Shown one piece after another: positions 26,671 to 40,797 of a DNA stretch of 64,000 nt (its first letter is position 1; the number at the start of each line of letters is the position of its first letter). The stretch is from Bigelowiella natans CCMP2755 (lineage: Eukaryota > Protista > Cercozoa): assembly GCA_000320545.1 (NCBI GenBank), contig ADNK01001884.1:1-64000 (forward strand). Direction: 5' to 3'. The notes under the pieces were generated by a model that ran no database searches, was not told the origin of the DNA, and saw nothing but the letters and a program-made list of their open reading frames with translations. A program made the position numbers and the translations under genes.

Positions 26671-27088
26671 AGAATCAATCACCATCTCTAATTCCTGTGG
26701 AACATCGGAGAGCAGCGGAGTCTCGATCACATAGAAGGGCTCTCCATCTACATCGCCACCTAGCTGTAGCGCTTCTACCACCCCCGTTCCATAGGTGACA
26801 ACTGCTAGGGAATCAGGAGGCACATCCGACGACGCGATTCGCTTTCCGGAGGGGTCCCGCACAATCACGGACGAGAACGGCAGCCACTGCAGAGGACGGG
26901 AGGGATTGTAGAGAGGAGAGGAGGGCAGAGGAGCGACAGGAAAGAGGAAGAAGAGGTAAGTGAGTGAGAGGCACTGTGGTGTATGAATGATTGCTTCAAA
27001 CACGTACATCGTCTTCTGGGTAGTGGCAAATGAGTCCATTGTCCTTCTTCTCGAGGTCGATGTGACGTCGGTTCTGTGCGTCAAAAGC

Positions 27089-27126
<38 letters not shown>

Positions 27127-27388
27127 CGTAATGACGAACACACAGCATCAGGATCAATGTGCATGAAGAGAATCTCCAAATATTTAGGACGATGAGGTGA
27201 CTCATGCCAAATTAAAAAATCATATCCCTTGAGAGAGAGGGGGGGGGGGGAGGGGGAGAAATTTTCTCTATCGTGCTCAGAGAAATCCCAGGCTCATTCA
27301 AAAAAGATTTAAAAACTAGGAAGGAGCTCTTACCAGAAGATCTGTGCAGTCCACGCTCATAACAACCTACATACAACATGTATATAAG

Positions 27389-27425
<37 letters not shown>

Positions 27426-28011
27426 CGTTGCATTAAAAAAAGGCCCTGCTTTCTGTGGTTACCCGGCCGGCCTTTACTTGCTCCATCGCATAGCGCCATC
27501 CCCTGGCATAATCGCTTCCTGTTCGGAAAATGAAAATAAACCAATGAAGCAACGCGTTCCAGTTGTCACAGATCGCCATTCTCATCATCATCATTCTCAT
27601 CATCATCATTATCATCATATCTTTGTCATCATCATCGCGGTAGGCCAGCATGCTCGTCAGCGACCGTTCGAATAGCAGACAACGTCGATGCCTATATTGC
27701 CAAATAGAGATATGATGAGAGGAAGACAAGACAGGTACAGTTGTTTCTTTGAATCTCCCTCCCACCTGGAGGCATATGCAGTGAGTTGTGCGTGTGAAAA
27801 TTGCCACCGAACCGTCCGGGTCCAAAGCCCTGATCGAGGAGGAAATGAAGACGGAAAAGGAGAGGAGGAGGAGAAGGAGGGGGAGGGGGAGTGGTCATGT
27901 GCCAAAGGAAGGAGGAGAATACTGAGAAAATGCCTATATAATAAAGCACGTCATTTAACGCATTCCATGATATAATCATCACGATTCACCAACTTATAGG
28001 TTGAACAAGAC

Positions 28012-28052
<41 letters not shown>

Positions 28053-29041
28053 GCCAAAGCGAAGTGTTGATTTTGAACCCACCTGTAACCGAATCATCAT
28101 GCCATTTGGGCACGTGCCATTAGACAGCCAATACCTTTTATTTCGCAGTAATCGATTTGAAATACGCGCAACGCCCTCTTCGCATCCCCCCCCCCCTCCC
28201 TCGCCTTTATGCTATCTATCCAAGGAAGCGTGTATGTGTGCTCGCGCTTTGACTCACATGATCGCGGCCTCAAAGAACCTGAGGTTTTACAGATGGAATA
28301 TGAGCGAATCTACAAGAATCTGTGACGTCGTGGAATGTCAATCTGCTAGAGCGCTTTGGGTTGGCGACGTACATGTCAGCTCCGCAGTCGAGGTATTTCG
28401 CATATGGAATCTCCAGAATGGGTACTAATCCAACCTGTGCATTGGTACAATTACGACCTTATTACTCCTCCCGCCTGCATTTGCATTAGATTCGATTATC
28501 ATAACCCTTCCCCCTTCCCCCCCCACCCCTCCCCGCAATGTGAGTAACCTGAGCCAGGCCAATGGCAGCTCCAATCTGATAGCAAAAAACGTCACAAACC
28601 CACTCAAAGCACTGCACCAGCGGCCTGATTCTCGCATAATTTATTCATTTTACCAGAGATGTTTCATCAGGGGGAAAATCTTGCACGCGGTGAGGATAAC
28701 AGCTCGAGAGACCGTCCGTGACTTTGTAATACCTTGATGATAATTCCACAACAAAAGCAGCAGCACGGGATTTTAGCAGAGAGGAGGGCGTTTCCAAACA
28801 GCACTCCGCTATTATGTCAGGCAGTAGCTGTCGCTGGCACACGCACCCGCCATATCCTACATCTTCGCCGATGTATATCGTCTCTGGATTGCTGCAATGG
28901 ACGGTGGGTAGATAGGGAGGGAAATGACGAGAAGAAGAAAGTCAGCACAATGTCATAATGAGCACGTCATGCTAGCTTCGCCCTTCTTCCTCTCCTTATA
29001 AAGCGTAGCAGCAGGAGGAGGACGTTGCCGTGTTTGCGTCG

Positions 29042-29075
<34 letters not shown>

Positions 29076-29281
29076 ATGGGGAGTCATCGTACAGTGCAAG
29101 CGCCTCATCAATGGTAGCGTTCATTAGCTTCCGCATCACATCCCCCTGATCGTAAGTTGAGCTTATTGTTTTGTTTGTTCATTCAGCATCAGAAGAAGCA
29201 CCACACAACGCCACAGTGAAGAAAAACAACAATTTGCGGATAGGAGGCGAAATAATAAAGAAAGGAGAAAAATGCTAGATA

Positions 29282-29317
<36 letters not shown>

Positions 29318-30748
29318 AAGATGTCATATGAGTCGCTAGCACCCACTTTGCTGCCTATTTTGGCTCTAATTTTCGCCTCCTTCGCCTCATGTGGATAGAT
29401 GTGCTCGGCGGTTACAGGTACAAGCGGGGCGCTGCACGATTAGCAGCAGCAGAAAAGGGAGGAGGGGGAGGCAGTGAGAGGGGCCATGGTTGGGCGTGGT
29501 GAAGCTTAAAATTGGACAATTATTAAGAGGAGTGACCTGTTTGTCTGAACAAGGTACTTTCTATCCGTATTCTTATCTTCAGCCGACGCCTTATCGAAGG
29601 CCACTTTGGTCATCTCCATAATTTCAATATAGCGATCGTGCAGCTTCTCATATGTCGCCACTCCCTTGTGAGTGAGTAAGCAAGAGACACAAGAAGTAGC
29701 ATAGCAGCAGCACCGGCAGGCTTTTAGACGGTGAGAGATGTACGCGGTACACCGACATCAAAGACCGTGATAGATACGAAATATAAGGCAGCAAGTTGAT
29801 AAGAAGAGTGTGGAATCATCCATTTGTTTTTCTAAATTCTTGGAAGTGTTTTTCTCGAAACGCTGGCGATCGATCATGAGCGATGCCTCCGACTACTGCC
29901 TCACTTACCAATTGCGTCGCTTGAAAGCAGGCCCCTGCATAATAGAGAGAGGGGGAGAGAAAGGAATAGAGGAGAGCATACACAGAGACGATTAAGAGAT
30001 CAGGGCTAAAGGATGTTGTTATTTCTAGGATTACATCTCCATTACCAGCGATGACGTTGGCCTCCTGCTGCTTTGCGATCTCCGTCTTTGTCCTGTACTC
30101 CTCTTCCTGATGGTTATGCGTTGTGTTGGTGGCGACGATGATTCAGAGAGCACGCACATCGATGCCTCTGCGAAACGGTACGTCGGAGATGAGCGACGGT
30201 CTCTCAAGACTTCTTCTCGGAAAGGATTTGAAAAAACTGCTTTTGTTTTCCAATTATCGAGCATGATTACAATTCTGAACAATTGCATCTCTCTCCCAAT
30301 GTCTTATTCTCCCAATCTCCCCACCCCCCCCCATCCTGTGATTACTCTGTCGTTTCCAGAATGCGCAAACCGACGGGGAAGGTCTCTGTAGCTGTAGAGG
30401 TGCGGAGAGACACACAACAGTCAAGATCTCCGCAAGAGTGAATGTCATAATACAAACGCTAAATCGTCGCCATTATCATCGCCATTAGAGCCAAGAAGCA
30501 CGGCAATGAGAAGGGGGAAATTCAATTACACGATGAGCGCCGGCCGCTGTTTGTTTCTTACGTGCTCTGTGGCTTGCTGTGTGACCTTTAAGAACGATTG
30601 CGATAATGATGGTTGTGGTATTGGTTGGTGGGGGGGGAGGGGGGAGGGGCTGCGAGGCTGGAATTGAAACATAGTGATAGTTGATGTATATGGAGAAGAA
30701 AACGAAGAAGATGACGAAGACGATGAAGGAGGAGAGGAAACGAGTATG

Positions 30749-30809
<61 letters not shown>

Positions 30810-31571
30810 CTTGAAGATAGCACAGGCGTAATGTAACCACTACTTACTCTGTGCACGTCGAGAATGTTCAATCCGACCGCCTAGTTATTCATTATCAGCA
30901 GCGCAACAGCATCAGTAGCAACAGCGTCAATAATTCTGTGTCGCTCGTAGGGTTGCAGGCTATTATCCGCAATGGGCGACTTACAACCATTTTCTTCTGA
31001 TTGATCATCGGAACAGTGAGAAAATTAATTACACCTCGTACACTGGCATATGCAATCGTTTCAGGAAGTTTCCTAGCCAGCCAAAGCCTTCGAGTACAAT
31101 AATACAAACATCTTATCATCTAAATAACCTCCCCCCCCTCTATCCCTATATCACTTGCCTCAGGAGTAATGAAGGACACTTACCATGAAGGGAGATGCAG
31201 ATGTCATTATCTGAAACAGCGAAGAGAACGGGGCACTTGTATCTGTTCGACGTGTGCAATAGAAAGATGGCAGAGGAGTGGACCCAAGGTTAGAGCATTA
31301 GTGATATGTTTGGCATTGGCAGGGAATTTAAGAGGATGAAAGTTTCTACGACTTTCTCGCCTGAGCGTACTCCGCTGTGTTCATCGCCGACAAGAAATGA
31401 GCATTGTTGACGCTGCCGTCTCCAACCGACACGAAGGAAATAGCGTCTCGAGGAAATCTTGGCGATTTGGAGGCGGGGGGCGAGCTGGAGCTTGAAGAGC
31501 TTGAATCTAAAATGGTGTGGGAAAGAGCGAACCCTGCATACAAAGCATGTCATAAACTCAACCGGCTTTAC

Positions 31572-31606
<35 letters not shown>

Positions 31607-32797
31607 ATCATCACCCTCACCGCCACCATCGGCTTTGCTATCGTCATCGTCATCGTCTTGCCACTAACCGCAGTGTGTAAAAACGCACCTAGAGCTCTGC
31701 CTACGGCGGGAGGGCACTGTGACGCCAGCGTCGAGGTTACAACGAAATCGCTAGGACCGCCACCTAAACCATGATCAGGTGTTTGCTCAGCAGCAGTAGG
31801 CGTGCAAGGAGGAGCAGCAGCACAAGATACTACGCCGACGAAAAGACAACGCAAATGTGAAGGGGCTTCTGTCACCGATGGCACAATGGCGGCCGCTCGT
31901 AACGGGATCGTTCAGCGACACGGTATACCTAAGAACCAGAGAGAAAGGCCATCTCTCACTTCAATGATCGCTCGTCTATACATCAGCTTTTGATTCACCC
32001 TCTCGCTCTATCGAGGAGAACATCTTCCAGAGGCTTCCCGTCTCTCAGCTGCCGTGCTATTGCAACAGCTACGTGGCGGTAGTGGAGAGCTCCTGGATCT
32101 GAATCGCGAAGGACTAGGCCAGCTGGTGCCTGTTCAAAGCACAGTAATAAAGAAGAAGAAGATGAGGAAGAAGAAGAAGCAGTTTTCTCTAGAATAACGC
32201 GGATAGCACAACCAATAGCTCTTCTCCACAAGGACCGATTGTATAGAAACCCTGCGAGTAGAAAGTCATTAGCGTTGGGTGTGTTTCTTCCTCCACTCAC
32301 GTTGCTATTTTTGTGGTTGTGGGGCATTAAATGAACCTCTCCAAGAAGGGCTGCGATTCGGCTCTCCACGTGAAGGCAGCACGTTGCAAAGGCGGCATCA
32401 AGTGTAAGGAGGAACTGATCACTCGACATGCCAGACGCTTCAAGGCTAAGCGTCTCCACCTGCAAGAGCGACGACGACACGATGCCCATCATCCCGCATT
32501 CAAACTTATCACCCAAATGTAACAGTGCACCTGTGGATCCGGGGACCGTGGGGGCGATGCAAACGACTTAAAGAAAGCTGGAGGTGACGGACAATCTCCG
32601 GTTTTCAAACGCTCTACCAACCGTTTTTGCTGCACTATTTCGGGCAGCTCTTGGATTTTCTTCTCCATGCTAGCTCTCTTCTGAAGGTATCTGCTCGTCG
32701 ATAAACAGCAGCGATGGGACGAGGGGGAGGTGCGGAATAGCGAGGGCGCTATCCTCGCTGACCCACCCTCGCGAGAGATGCTTCTAAATCGATACAT
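25921..32797 (-). CDS. 2-oxoacid dehydrogenase E1, fused alpha+beta, likely mitochondrial; many exons
   Basis: LHYRH, STLASQCPPAVG, ThDP motif VGDGSVNN, DFPPDETSL, IPYAKYLDCGADM, VVTYGTGV, TPTYNPLG; Arg/Ser-rich presequence MYRFRSISR. Confidence 0.85.
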
Positions 32798-33587
32798 CAG
32801 CGGAGGAGGGGGAAAGCCGATGGAGGAGGAGGGAAGGAGCAGGGGTAGCGGATTTATCGTCGGGGAATAGAATATCAGGCTTTCTGGAGTACCCCACTTT
32901 CCGTCGTTACATAGGGTTTTCGTGCTGCGACTTACTTTTCGTTCATTTCTTAAAACAAATCGCCTGCGATTCGCTCTTTGCAAATGCAATATCCCCATGT
33001 TAGCACTAGGATACTGTCTGCTGGAGCAATGCCTCAAACCCTGCATTCAACAGCGTCCAATGGCCTTCGAAATGACTCTTCACGTTTCACTTGATTAATG
33101 CAGTAACCGCATGAACCATGATATCACCTCATTGGGCTCTTTCGAGTGTCATTCAGTATCATTATTCCCCTAGAAGCACCGAATAAATATTCATCGTATT
33201 CGCCGGGTATCAATCAAGGAGGGAGGAGCAGTTCGGGCACACTTCACTCTCCGCTTAGAAGTGGCGAGAACATTGTTTTGTGAATTGCGACGGGTAAATT
33301 TTAGATAGTTTTTTGCTCTCGCATATTTTTCCGCCTCCTAAATACCCACGATGTTCAACATGAACAATGCCCTGAGACTGTAGTAATTCTCTCTTCGCTT
33401 CAAAAAACTAGTTGTGTCTTTGCATGCTACTACTTGTCGATGTATAGATGTAATCTTTAAGTAAACACTTCAGTAATGAAATAGCCCCAAAGTAAAATAG
33501 TTCTAGATCTATATAGATATGACATTAGTATGCGCCTAGCGATGATAGACATGCAATACATTATATTTATAATATATATATATATAT

Positions 33588-35593
33588 GAGACGGATGTGA
33601 TGAAGAATCAAATTTTTTCAATGGTCATCCTGATGTAGCTGTGCAATGCAGCGGCTACAGCGCTAATGTTGCATCTGTTGGTTTCTGCCACAATGTGTTT
33701 CATGCATTTGAAAGCGTCCTCATGCGACCGATGTTGCCGCGCACTGCGCGCAGCAGTTCTGGATTCAATTTCAGCCTTTGTCAACCGGTTCGTGTCGTCG
33801 TTGCGATTCATGATCGCGCGCATTTGATTGCGCAATCTGATTTGTTCTCGACCATGCATTGGACATTCCAGGAGATGATCCATGTCCTTCAGGATGCCAC
33901 ATGCATCGCACGTGGCATCTTCCTCTGTGCATTGTCCACGTGACAGCATGAATTTGCCAAGATTGCCGACACCACAGATGGCGCGCATCCATGATGTAGC
34001 AACACTTGGAAGTTTCAGTTTGATGCCGGTGATCGAAGATGACGGGAGGAAACCAAGATTCTTGAGATGCACAGCGCGCAATGAATCATTGGACCATTCC
34101 TCTTCGAATTCGTTGAAAGCACAAGATTTCATCACCTTGTGATGTTTTTTCAGTTCTTTTTTCAGCGCCTCTGTTGTCGCCAAAACGGTGGGCAATTCGT
34201 CACCTAACAAGTCGTCAGTGATCGATTTGAGCCGTCGAAACAAGGATGCTTTGTTCCACGTGTGTGTGGCCACATCAATCCACGATGTGCCATCCAACAT
34301 TTTTCGATTTTCAATGATGAAGCCATAACTGCTCCAATCATTTATTCCCTCATGGATTTGAGGACCGCTGCCTGTGTCGATCCATGCGTTAGTGCGTAAC
34401 CATGATTTAGCACACTGCACTTTAGTTTGATATCGGGGTGGCAACGTGCCAGTGAGGACGTGGGGGACGTCGTTGGAGATGGATCCAGGCAATCCCAATA
34501 TACGTTTCAGGGTTTGGGATTCCATGGAATCCATCTGTTTTATTCGTATGTTTCTTCGTGATCTCCATATTGGAGCAGCGTATCTGCTGGATGCAAGGAA
34601 CCATGATTTGTAAAATTTCAGTCTGACGTTTAGCGGTACAAGGTGTCTGGAATAACACAACCTTAACAAAAACCTTCGCTTCTTTTGCAATCTCAGGTGA
34701 GAAGCAAGAGCATGTTTTTCAAAGGTTAATTTGTTGTCGAAGATTAGTCCGAGACATCTGCCGCTGTCGACTCTTTTTATTTTTCCTTGGAGATTGAGAG
34801 AGATGTTCCAGGAGGTTTGGTGTCGGTGGGCTTTATTTCTTTTGTCAATTATAAGGTACCCGCTCTTGTCCCCATTGAATCGCATCCGCCATTTCATGCA
34901 CCAGTCCGTCATTTGGTTTAGGTCGGCCTGGATATCATCTTGCATTTTCCCCCATCGGTTTGGCGAAAACAATTTGTAGGGGGTAACGTCGTCACAGTAT
35001 ATTTGGAAATCTGTGTTGGTAATATGTTCGTAAATGTCGTAATAGGTTATGAAAAGGAAACAGCTGAGAGATGATCCTTCGGGGACGCCGCTCCCAAGGT
35101 TCATGTGCTCAGAGAGAGTATTGCCAAATCTGAATCTGGCGGTACGATCTCTGAGCCAGTCGTCGATCCACAGCAATAGCGAGCCTCGTATTCCGTATTT
35201 GTCATGTAACTTGCGTATCATGCCGGAATGCCAGGCTTTTGGATAAGCTTTAGAGGCATCTGTAAACAACAGGATGGCTGCAAGCTTTTTGTTATATACT
35301 CCATCCTCGATTGACTGCGTCATCTTTGTGAGTGCAGTTTCGCAGGATCGATTTTTCATGAATGCATACTGATGTATGCTAATGTTTTTGGGGGGTATAG
35401 CTTCGCGGAGCCGTTGTTCTATTAGTTTGTCTTCTATTTTTGAAGCTATTTGTAGGAGAGAAATCGTTCTCCCGTTGAGAGGGGTGTTAAGTTCTTTGTT
35501 GGCCTTAGGGATGAGACAAAAAATGGCCGCCTTACGTGAGCCATCTCGGGTACCCCATCTATATGACATGTTGAATGTAGCTAACCACAGTTG
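33588..35593 (-). mobile_element. Non-LTR retrotransposon (LINE) copy 2, 5'-truncated, RT frame still open, flanked by (TA)n
   Basis: 653-aa ORF 33608-35569 with LIPK..RTISLL, HQYAF, KAY, GVPEGS, YCDD and CCHC-type tail; no endonuclease domain; TA runs at 33572-33587 and 35594-35620. Confidence 0.96.
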
Positions 35594-35624
<31 letters not shown>

Positions 35625-36093
35625 ATTGCTGTGTCTATTAAGTATGGCTGTGTCTATTATTATTATACCGTTCTAGCGTTGTACAACGCAGCTAGGTAGC
35701 CATCGGCATCAGCACGCACCTAGCTAGCTAGTGAGCTTACACTCAAGCGTAACAATGATGATAAATGCGCAAGTAGTGTCATTGCGGCCTATATGGTGAG
35801 GGCACAAATATATCTTATGGCTCACGGCAAGTAGCTATCGATATGGTATGCGCTCCTCTAGCCTCTACACACCACAACCAGCACATAGATACGTACTAGC
35901 GTAGCTAGTTTTGTTGCACAAGATCGACATAAATTAGGATTTTCAAAATTTTTAGTACGCTTACCAGGAGTTAAGTGAGCGCAGCTGCATATTGCACCAT
36001 GTAGAGTAGTCGTTGGAAGAACTTCTAATCTCATTTCATTTACTAATAATTTCAAGTACATATGTCACGCAGAATGGACATTACATATTATAT

Positions 36094-36136
<43 letters not shown>

Positions 36137-36342
36137 CGTATGAACGCATTTAATCGCATCAGCAAACTTAATCGAGTGTAGTAAAAATCGATGTGAATCC
36201 TCTGATCCAAGTCTGAGGAGGCATCTAAATGGATATTTCTTGCTAATATATCCTGAATTTGATTCCTGTATCATCCGTTCTTTGACTTTAAAGTGATGAT
36301 TATTTTCTATTTTAATATGTACAAACAAATGATATCCTGCGA

Positions 36343-37148
36343 CTATGCTTGCTGTTGCAGAGCTAACAGCCCACCATGAAGGCACACATCGAGGTTCGCC
36401 ATCGTGGCACAAATCAACCGCACGAAAGACGACGCTGCGGACTGAAACCCACAGCCGAGGACCTCGACGCACAATGGTACAGCGCTAGCAAACACGCCCA
36501 AGGCTGCGGCCCCTAGCGTCAAGAGCGCAGCAGCCACTACCAGCAGCGACCAATCGAAAGGCACGCTCCTTCTCGGGTAACTGATGTGCTTCTTAGGGTG
36601 ATCGATGCCCTCGGGGCCATGCGAGAAAAACGTGCAGATGTCTTCGGTAGCAGGCGCCGTGTTTGATTTCCACATCCCCAACGTCCACTGGATCGGAAAG
36701 CCTAAGAACCCATGAACTCCCGGGTACTCTCGTAGCACGACGCGATGCCCCGCCTCTTCCAAACAGCGTTTCGCGGTTCGAGAGGATTCTTTCAAGGGGT
36801 CGGAATGGCCGCAGATCAACAGCGTCTCCGGGTAGTTCTTCAACTCAGGCGAGGGGATATCGGCCAGCGTCACTCGATCGAGCATTTCGTCGTATAGCTC
36901 ATTGCTTTCACCCTCTTCTCTGTGGTCCTTTCCAACCGACGCCTCCCCCTTCACTTCCTCGGGAGAACGCTGCCCTCGCCGTTTTCGTCGTCTTTGTCCT
37001 TTGTACTTGCTGAGACAGAACTGCACAGCCTTGGCGCTGAGTGTCCATTCCTTCCACGAGTGCTGGTCTAGTACGCCGTACACAGAGCAGACACGTTCGA
37101 TCTTCGGGAACGACACTCGATTCACCCACGAATACGAATGATGCGACA

Positions 37149-37180
<32 letters not shown>

Positions 37181-38540
37181 AAGGTGGTGGTGGTGGACGA
37201 GGAGGAGGAGGAGGAGGAGGAGGAGCAGCAGCGGGAAAGCAGACCGTTGAGCATTAATCGGTTCTCAAGCAGAGCCGCTGCCATTGTTACTAAGCCCCCA
37301 CCCGCTGAGTCTCCGAGGAGGAACACCTCGTTCACACCGTCCCGTTCTCGCATCCAACTCAACGCCTTCAACACTGAGAAGACTGCACGAGGGTACGTGG
37401 CCTCTGGTGACAGCGGATAGTCGATGCTGTACACGACGAACCCCTCCCTCGCCAAAGGGGTTACGCTGTGGAGCAAGACTTCGCTGTTGCAGGACACCCA
37501 TCCCCCCCCATGAGCGTAGAGCACAGCGCCTTTGCACGCGGTGAGCTTCCCCTCGAAGGACTGGCCGGTGGGCCAGATTACGTCCAACATCTCTCCTTCA
37601 TCACTGTCGCCGTACGCTACCCTCCTCTCCAAACGCACGTTCTCCAAGACTTTCCTATTGTCCTGCGCAATAGCTGCAGGGCGCCACGCCAGAGCGTAGT
37701 AGTACATTGGCCAGTCCAAGAAGAGTCGGATCAGGGGCAGCGTTATCCATACTGCAACCCACTCGCACACGGCCGCCGCAGATGCGACTACCGTGCGCAC
37801 AGCCTGCTTCCACGCGCTGCTGAGAAGAGAGTACAGCAGCGCAGGTGCCACCAGAAACGTCCCGATTACGAAGAGCGAAGAGCAGAAGGGAGATGAGGCC
37901 GTGTTGAGCAGCTGCTGCATCCACCAGCAGCTGCGGTAGTAAGGCAAAGGCTCGAAGACGGGAGAAAAATAATGCAACGACGACAAGGATGAGGACGATG
38001 ATGATCCCGTCGCTGAGGAGAAAATCCAGTGCAATAGAGCGAAGGAAGACGGCAGGAACGGCGAGGAGGTGGCGTTTGGAGAAGAAGAATAGGTTGATGG
38101 GCTGCGCTGAATTGTGCTTGCTGAAGGGTTATAATGGTGGAGCATGCTTCCTCCTCCCTCCTCCTCCCTCCTCCTCCTCCCTCCTCCCATGCTATCCGCA
38201 TCATCGCCGTATAGCTTCCCATACAAGACGTGGAGGGAAATGATGGTCACAGCGTACAGCATTTGCAGCACCAGGGACTTCCCGGAAAAGTAGTGTCGTG
38301 GAGCTTCCAGCCCCTCAAGTGACCGCGTGAAGGTCTGGCTCACGCGCTTTGCATTCACAACGACTACGTCGTAGACGTACGGGAGTGCGAGATCGAGCAG
38401 CGACCGGTGCCGAGGCAGCTTCAGTTTCTCTTCAACATCGTCGTCTTGGACGTCTTTTCTGCTTGTTGCTGTGAGGGAAGAGACGTAAGACGTGCGATCA
38501 TGGAAAACAATGTTACTTCAAATTGATTTTTTACTTACTC

Positions 38541-38586
<46 letters not shown>

Positions 38587-40753
38587 GCTCAATTTATCAA
38601 TCTTTGGTCACTCCTCTGCCCCCTCCCCTCCTCTCTGCCACAACAACTTCTAGACTTTTACCCCAGCTGCCCATGTGGGAGCCCTCGAGGGAGAAGAGAA
38701 CGAGGAGCTGCGCCGTTATGCCCAAGACCCCTGTCAAGGTTCCGCTCAGCGAGGTCCACCCCCACTGCTTCATAGATGCGCTCGTGTGAATCACGTCGTA
38801 GCAGAACAGGATGCCTACCAAGACGGTGAATGACCATAAAGCCCAGCCCAGCAGCTGCATCGTCACGAACCCGTCTCTCGGTAGTCCCACATCACACGCG
38901 CTTCTCCCTTGCAGGGAGGAAAAAGGGGAAGAAGACTGAGAGAACAACGGCGAGGATGATGATAATGATGAGGCGTTAATTCCTCTCCCAACCGCAGGGT
39001 CCCCTTCTTCCTGGGCGAAGTCCCTTCGTAAATGATCATCCTCATCATCCGTCGTCCTTCCCCTCCTCCTCCTCCTTCTCCCCACCCTGGTTCTTATCTT
39101 TGCCTGCTCCCTCTCTTTCCTCTGCCTCTCGCGAATACCGTTAATAGTGAGCCACCAGGTGAGAGGCACAGACGTCAGCACTGCCAACACTGCACATATG
39201 CGAGCAGGCAGGACAGGGAATTCCGCCCCGAAGCACACCGTAGCAATGTCCGCACCAGCGAAGCATCCCAGAGAACCAATGCCGATCAGGATTGAAAAGA
39301 AACCGCCACAAACAGCTGTTGTTCCACGTTGCTCTGCGTACTCAGCAGCATCCGTATCAGCCGACGACGATGATTCTGCACGTTTTCGGCGACCAAGAGA
39401 AGGCGACCAGCAGCACGGGTGAAAGACACCGCTGCCAAAGAAATTGGCAGAGCCGATGATACTGTCGTTACTGCTGCGACTGATGGGGGCAGGTGTGGTG
39501 GAGCTGCAATGTAGCGGCGTGAGAATTTGGGCACGATCCCTTTCACCGTCCTCGTCGCCGCTGTCATCATCGTGGTCGTGTTTGGACATCGTATCTTTCA
39601 TTTCCACATCTTTCACATGAGGAGTCGTCGTCATATTCGTAGCATTCTTTGTCATGTTCAGCTTCTTTTCCCTCTTCACATCCGCGTTCACCGCTACAGC
39701 AGCAGCGGCATCAGCATGAAGAGCATTGTCATTGATGACCTCGCCTTTGCCACTTGGCTGCTGCAGTGACTTAGCGGCAGTAGCGGCAGTAGCAGCAGCA
39801 TCAGACCATGAAAACACCTTGGCGGCCACGCGCCTTGTCGGCGTCTTGGACTTCTTCCATTTGCAATCGAAGAGAAAGAGCGAGAGAAACAGCACTAGTT
39901 GGCTGACGAAGAAGTTCAGCCCAACTGCCACGATTATGCCGTTGAGGGGGATGGCGCTCACACCGACGAAGAAACACGTGCTCAGCGACACAACTGACAG
40001 CCCGAATAAGGTCCATCCCAGAGCCTGGAGGGTGACGAAGCGAAACCCGCCCTGAAAGGGCATGAACATCAAGTACGCGTCGCTGCCGTGGCGGCGAGGA
40101 CCGCACAGGAAATGCGTCCAAGCGATGCTGCACATCCCGCTTGCGCAGGCAATCATGAATGGCAGATCCGCCAAGTAGAAGCTGTTGTAGGAGGACGGGA
40201 ATGACCCGCCTCGAATCACGTCCGACAGGATGAAAAGCGATATCGACACTAGAGAGAACAGAATGTTGACCGCCTCCTCTGCATGCAAGCCTGGGTGCTG
40301 CGAGCGACGCCTTACCGGGCCCTCGGAAATGCTTACGATTTGCTCGATCAGCGCGTCGAGAAGCTGGGAGGAAAGCTCCTCCTTCGTGCTGCTGGTGCTG
40401 GTGCTGCTGCTACTGCTACTGCTACTGCGGCGGCGCATCTGGTCCTCATTCGCCAATTGACGCAGTTTACGGATCGCTCTCATTATCTCGGCAGTGCGAG
40501 ATTTGGGTATCTTGACCGACACAGAGAGCTTCTCCTCTTCATTCTGGATATTGTCTTCGTAGAGATCTTGCGAGTAGATAAGCAGCAGCGTGTTGAGGAA
40601 ACCCCAGCTGCCCAGGAACGACATAAGGCCGTAAAGCTCGAGGGCAGGCGTCCTTGAGACGCCGATCACCACATTCACCACGATCTACGAAGCACAGCAG
40701 GAGCGTATAAATATGAGTGTCGTGCAAGATCAAAGAGTGCTGTTTGCTTCTTT

Positions 40754-40797
<44 letters not shown>

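Noticed and set aside
34320-35593. Classical RIP (CpA to TpA) acting on copy 2
   Set aside because: Copy 2 holds the conserved Tyr residues and has no stops; copy 3 also retains TA
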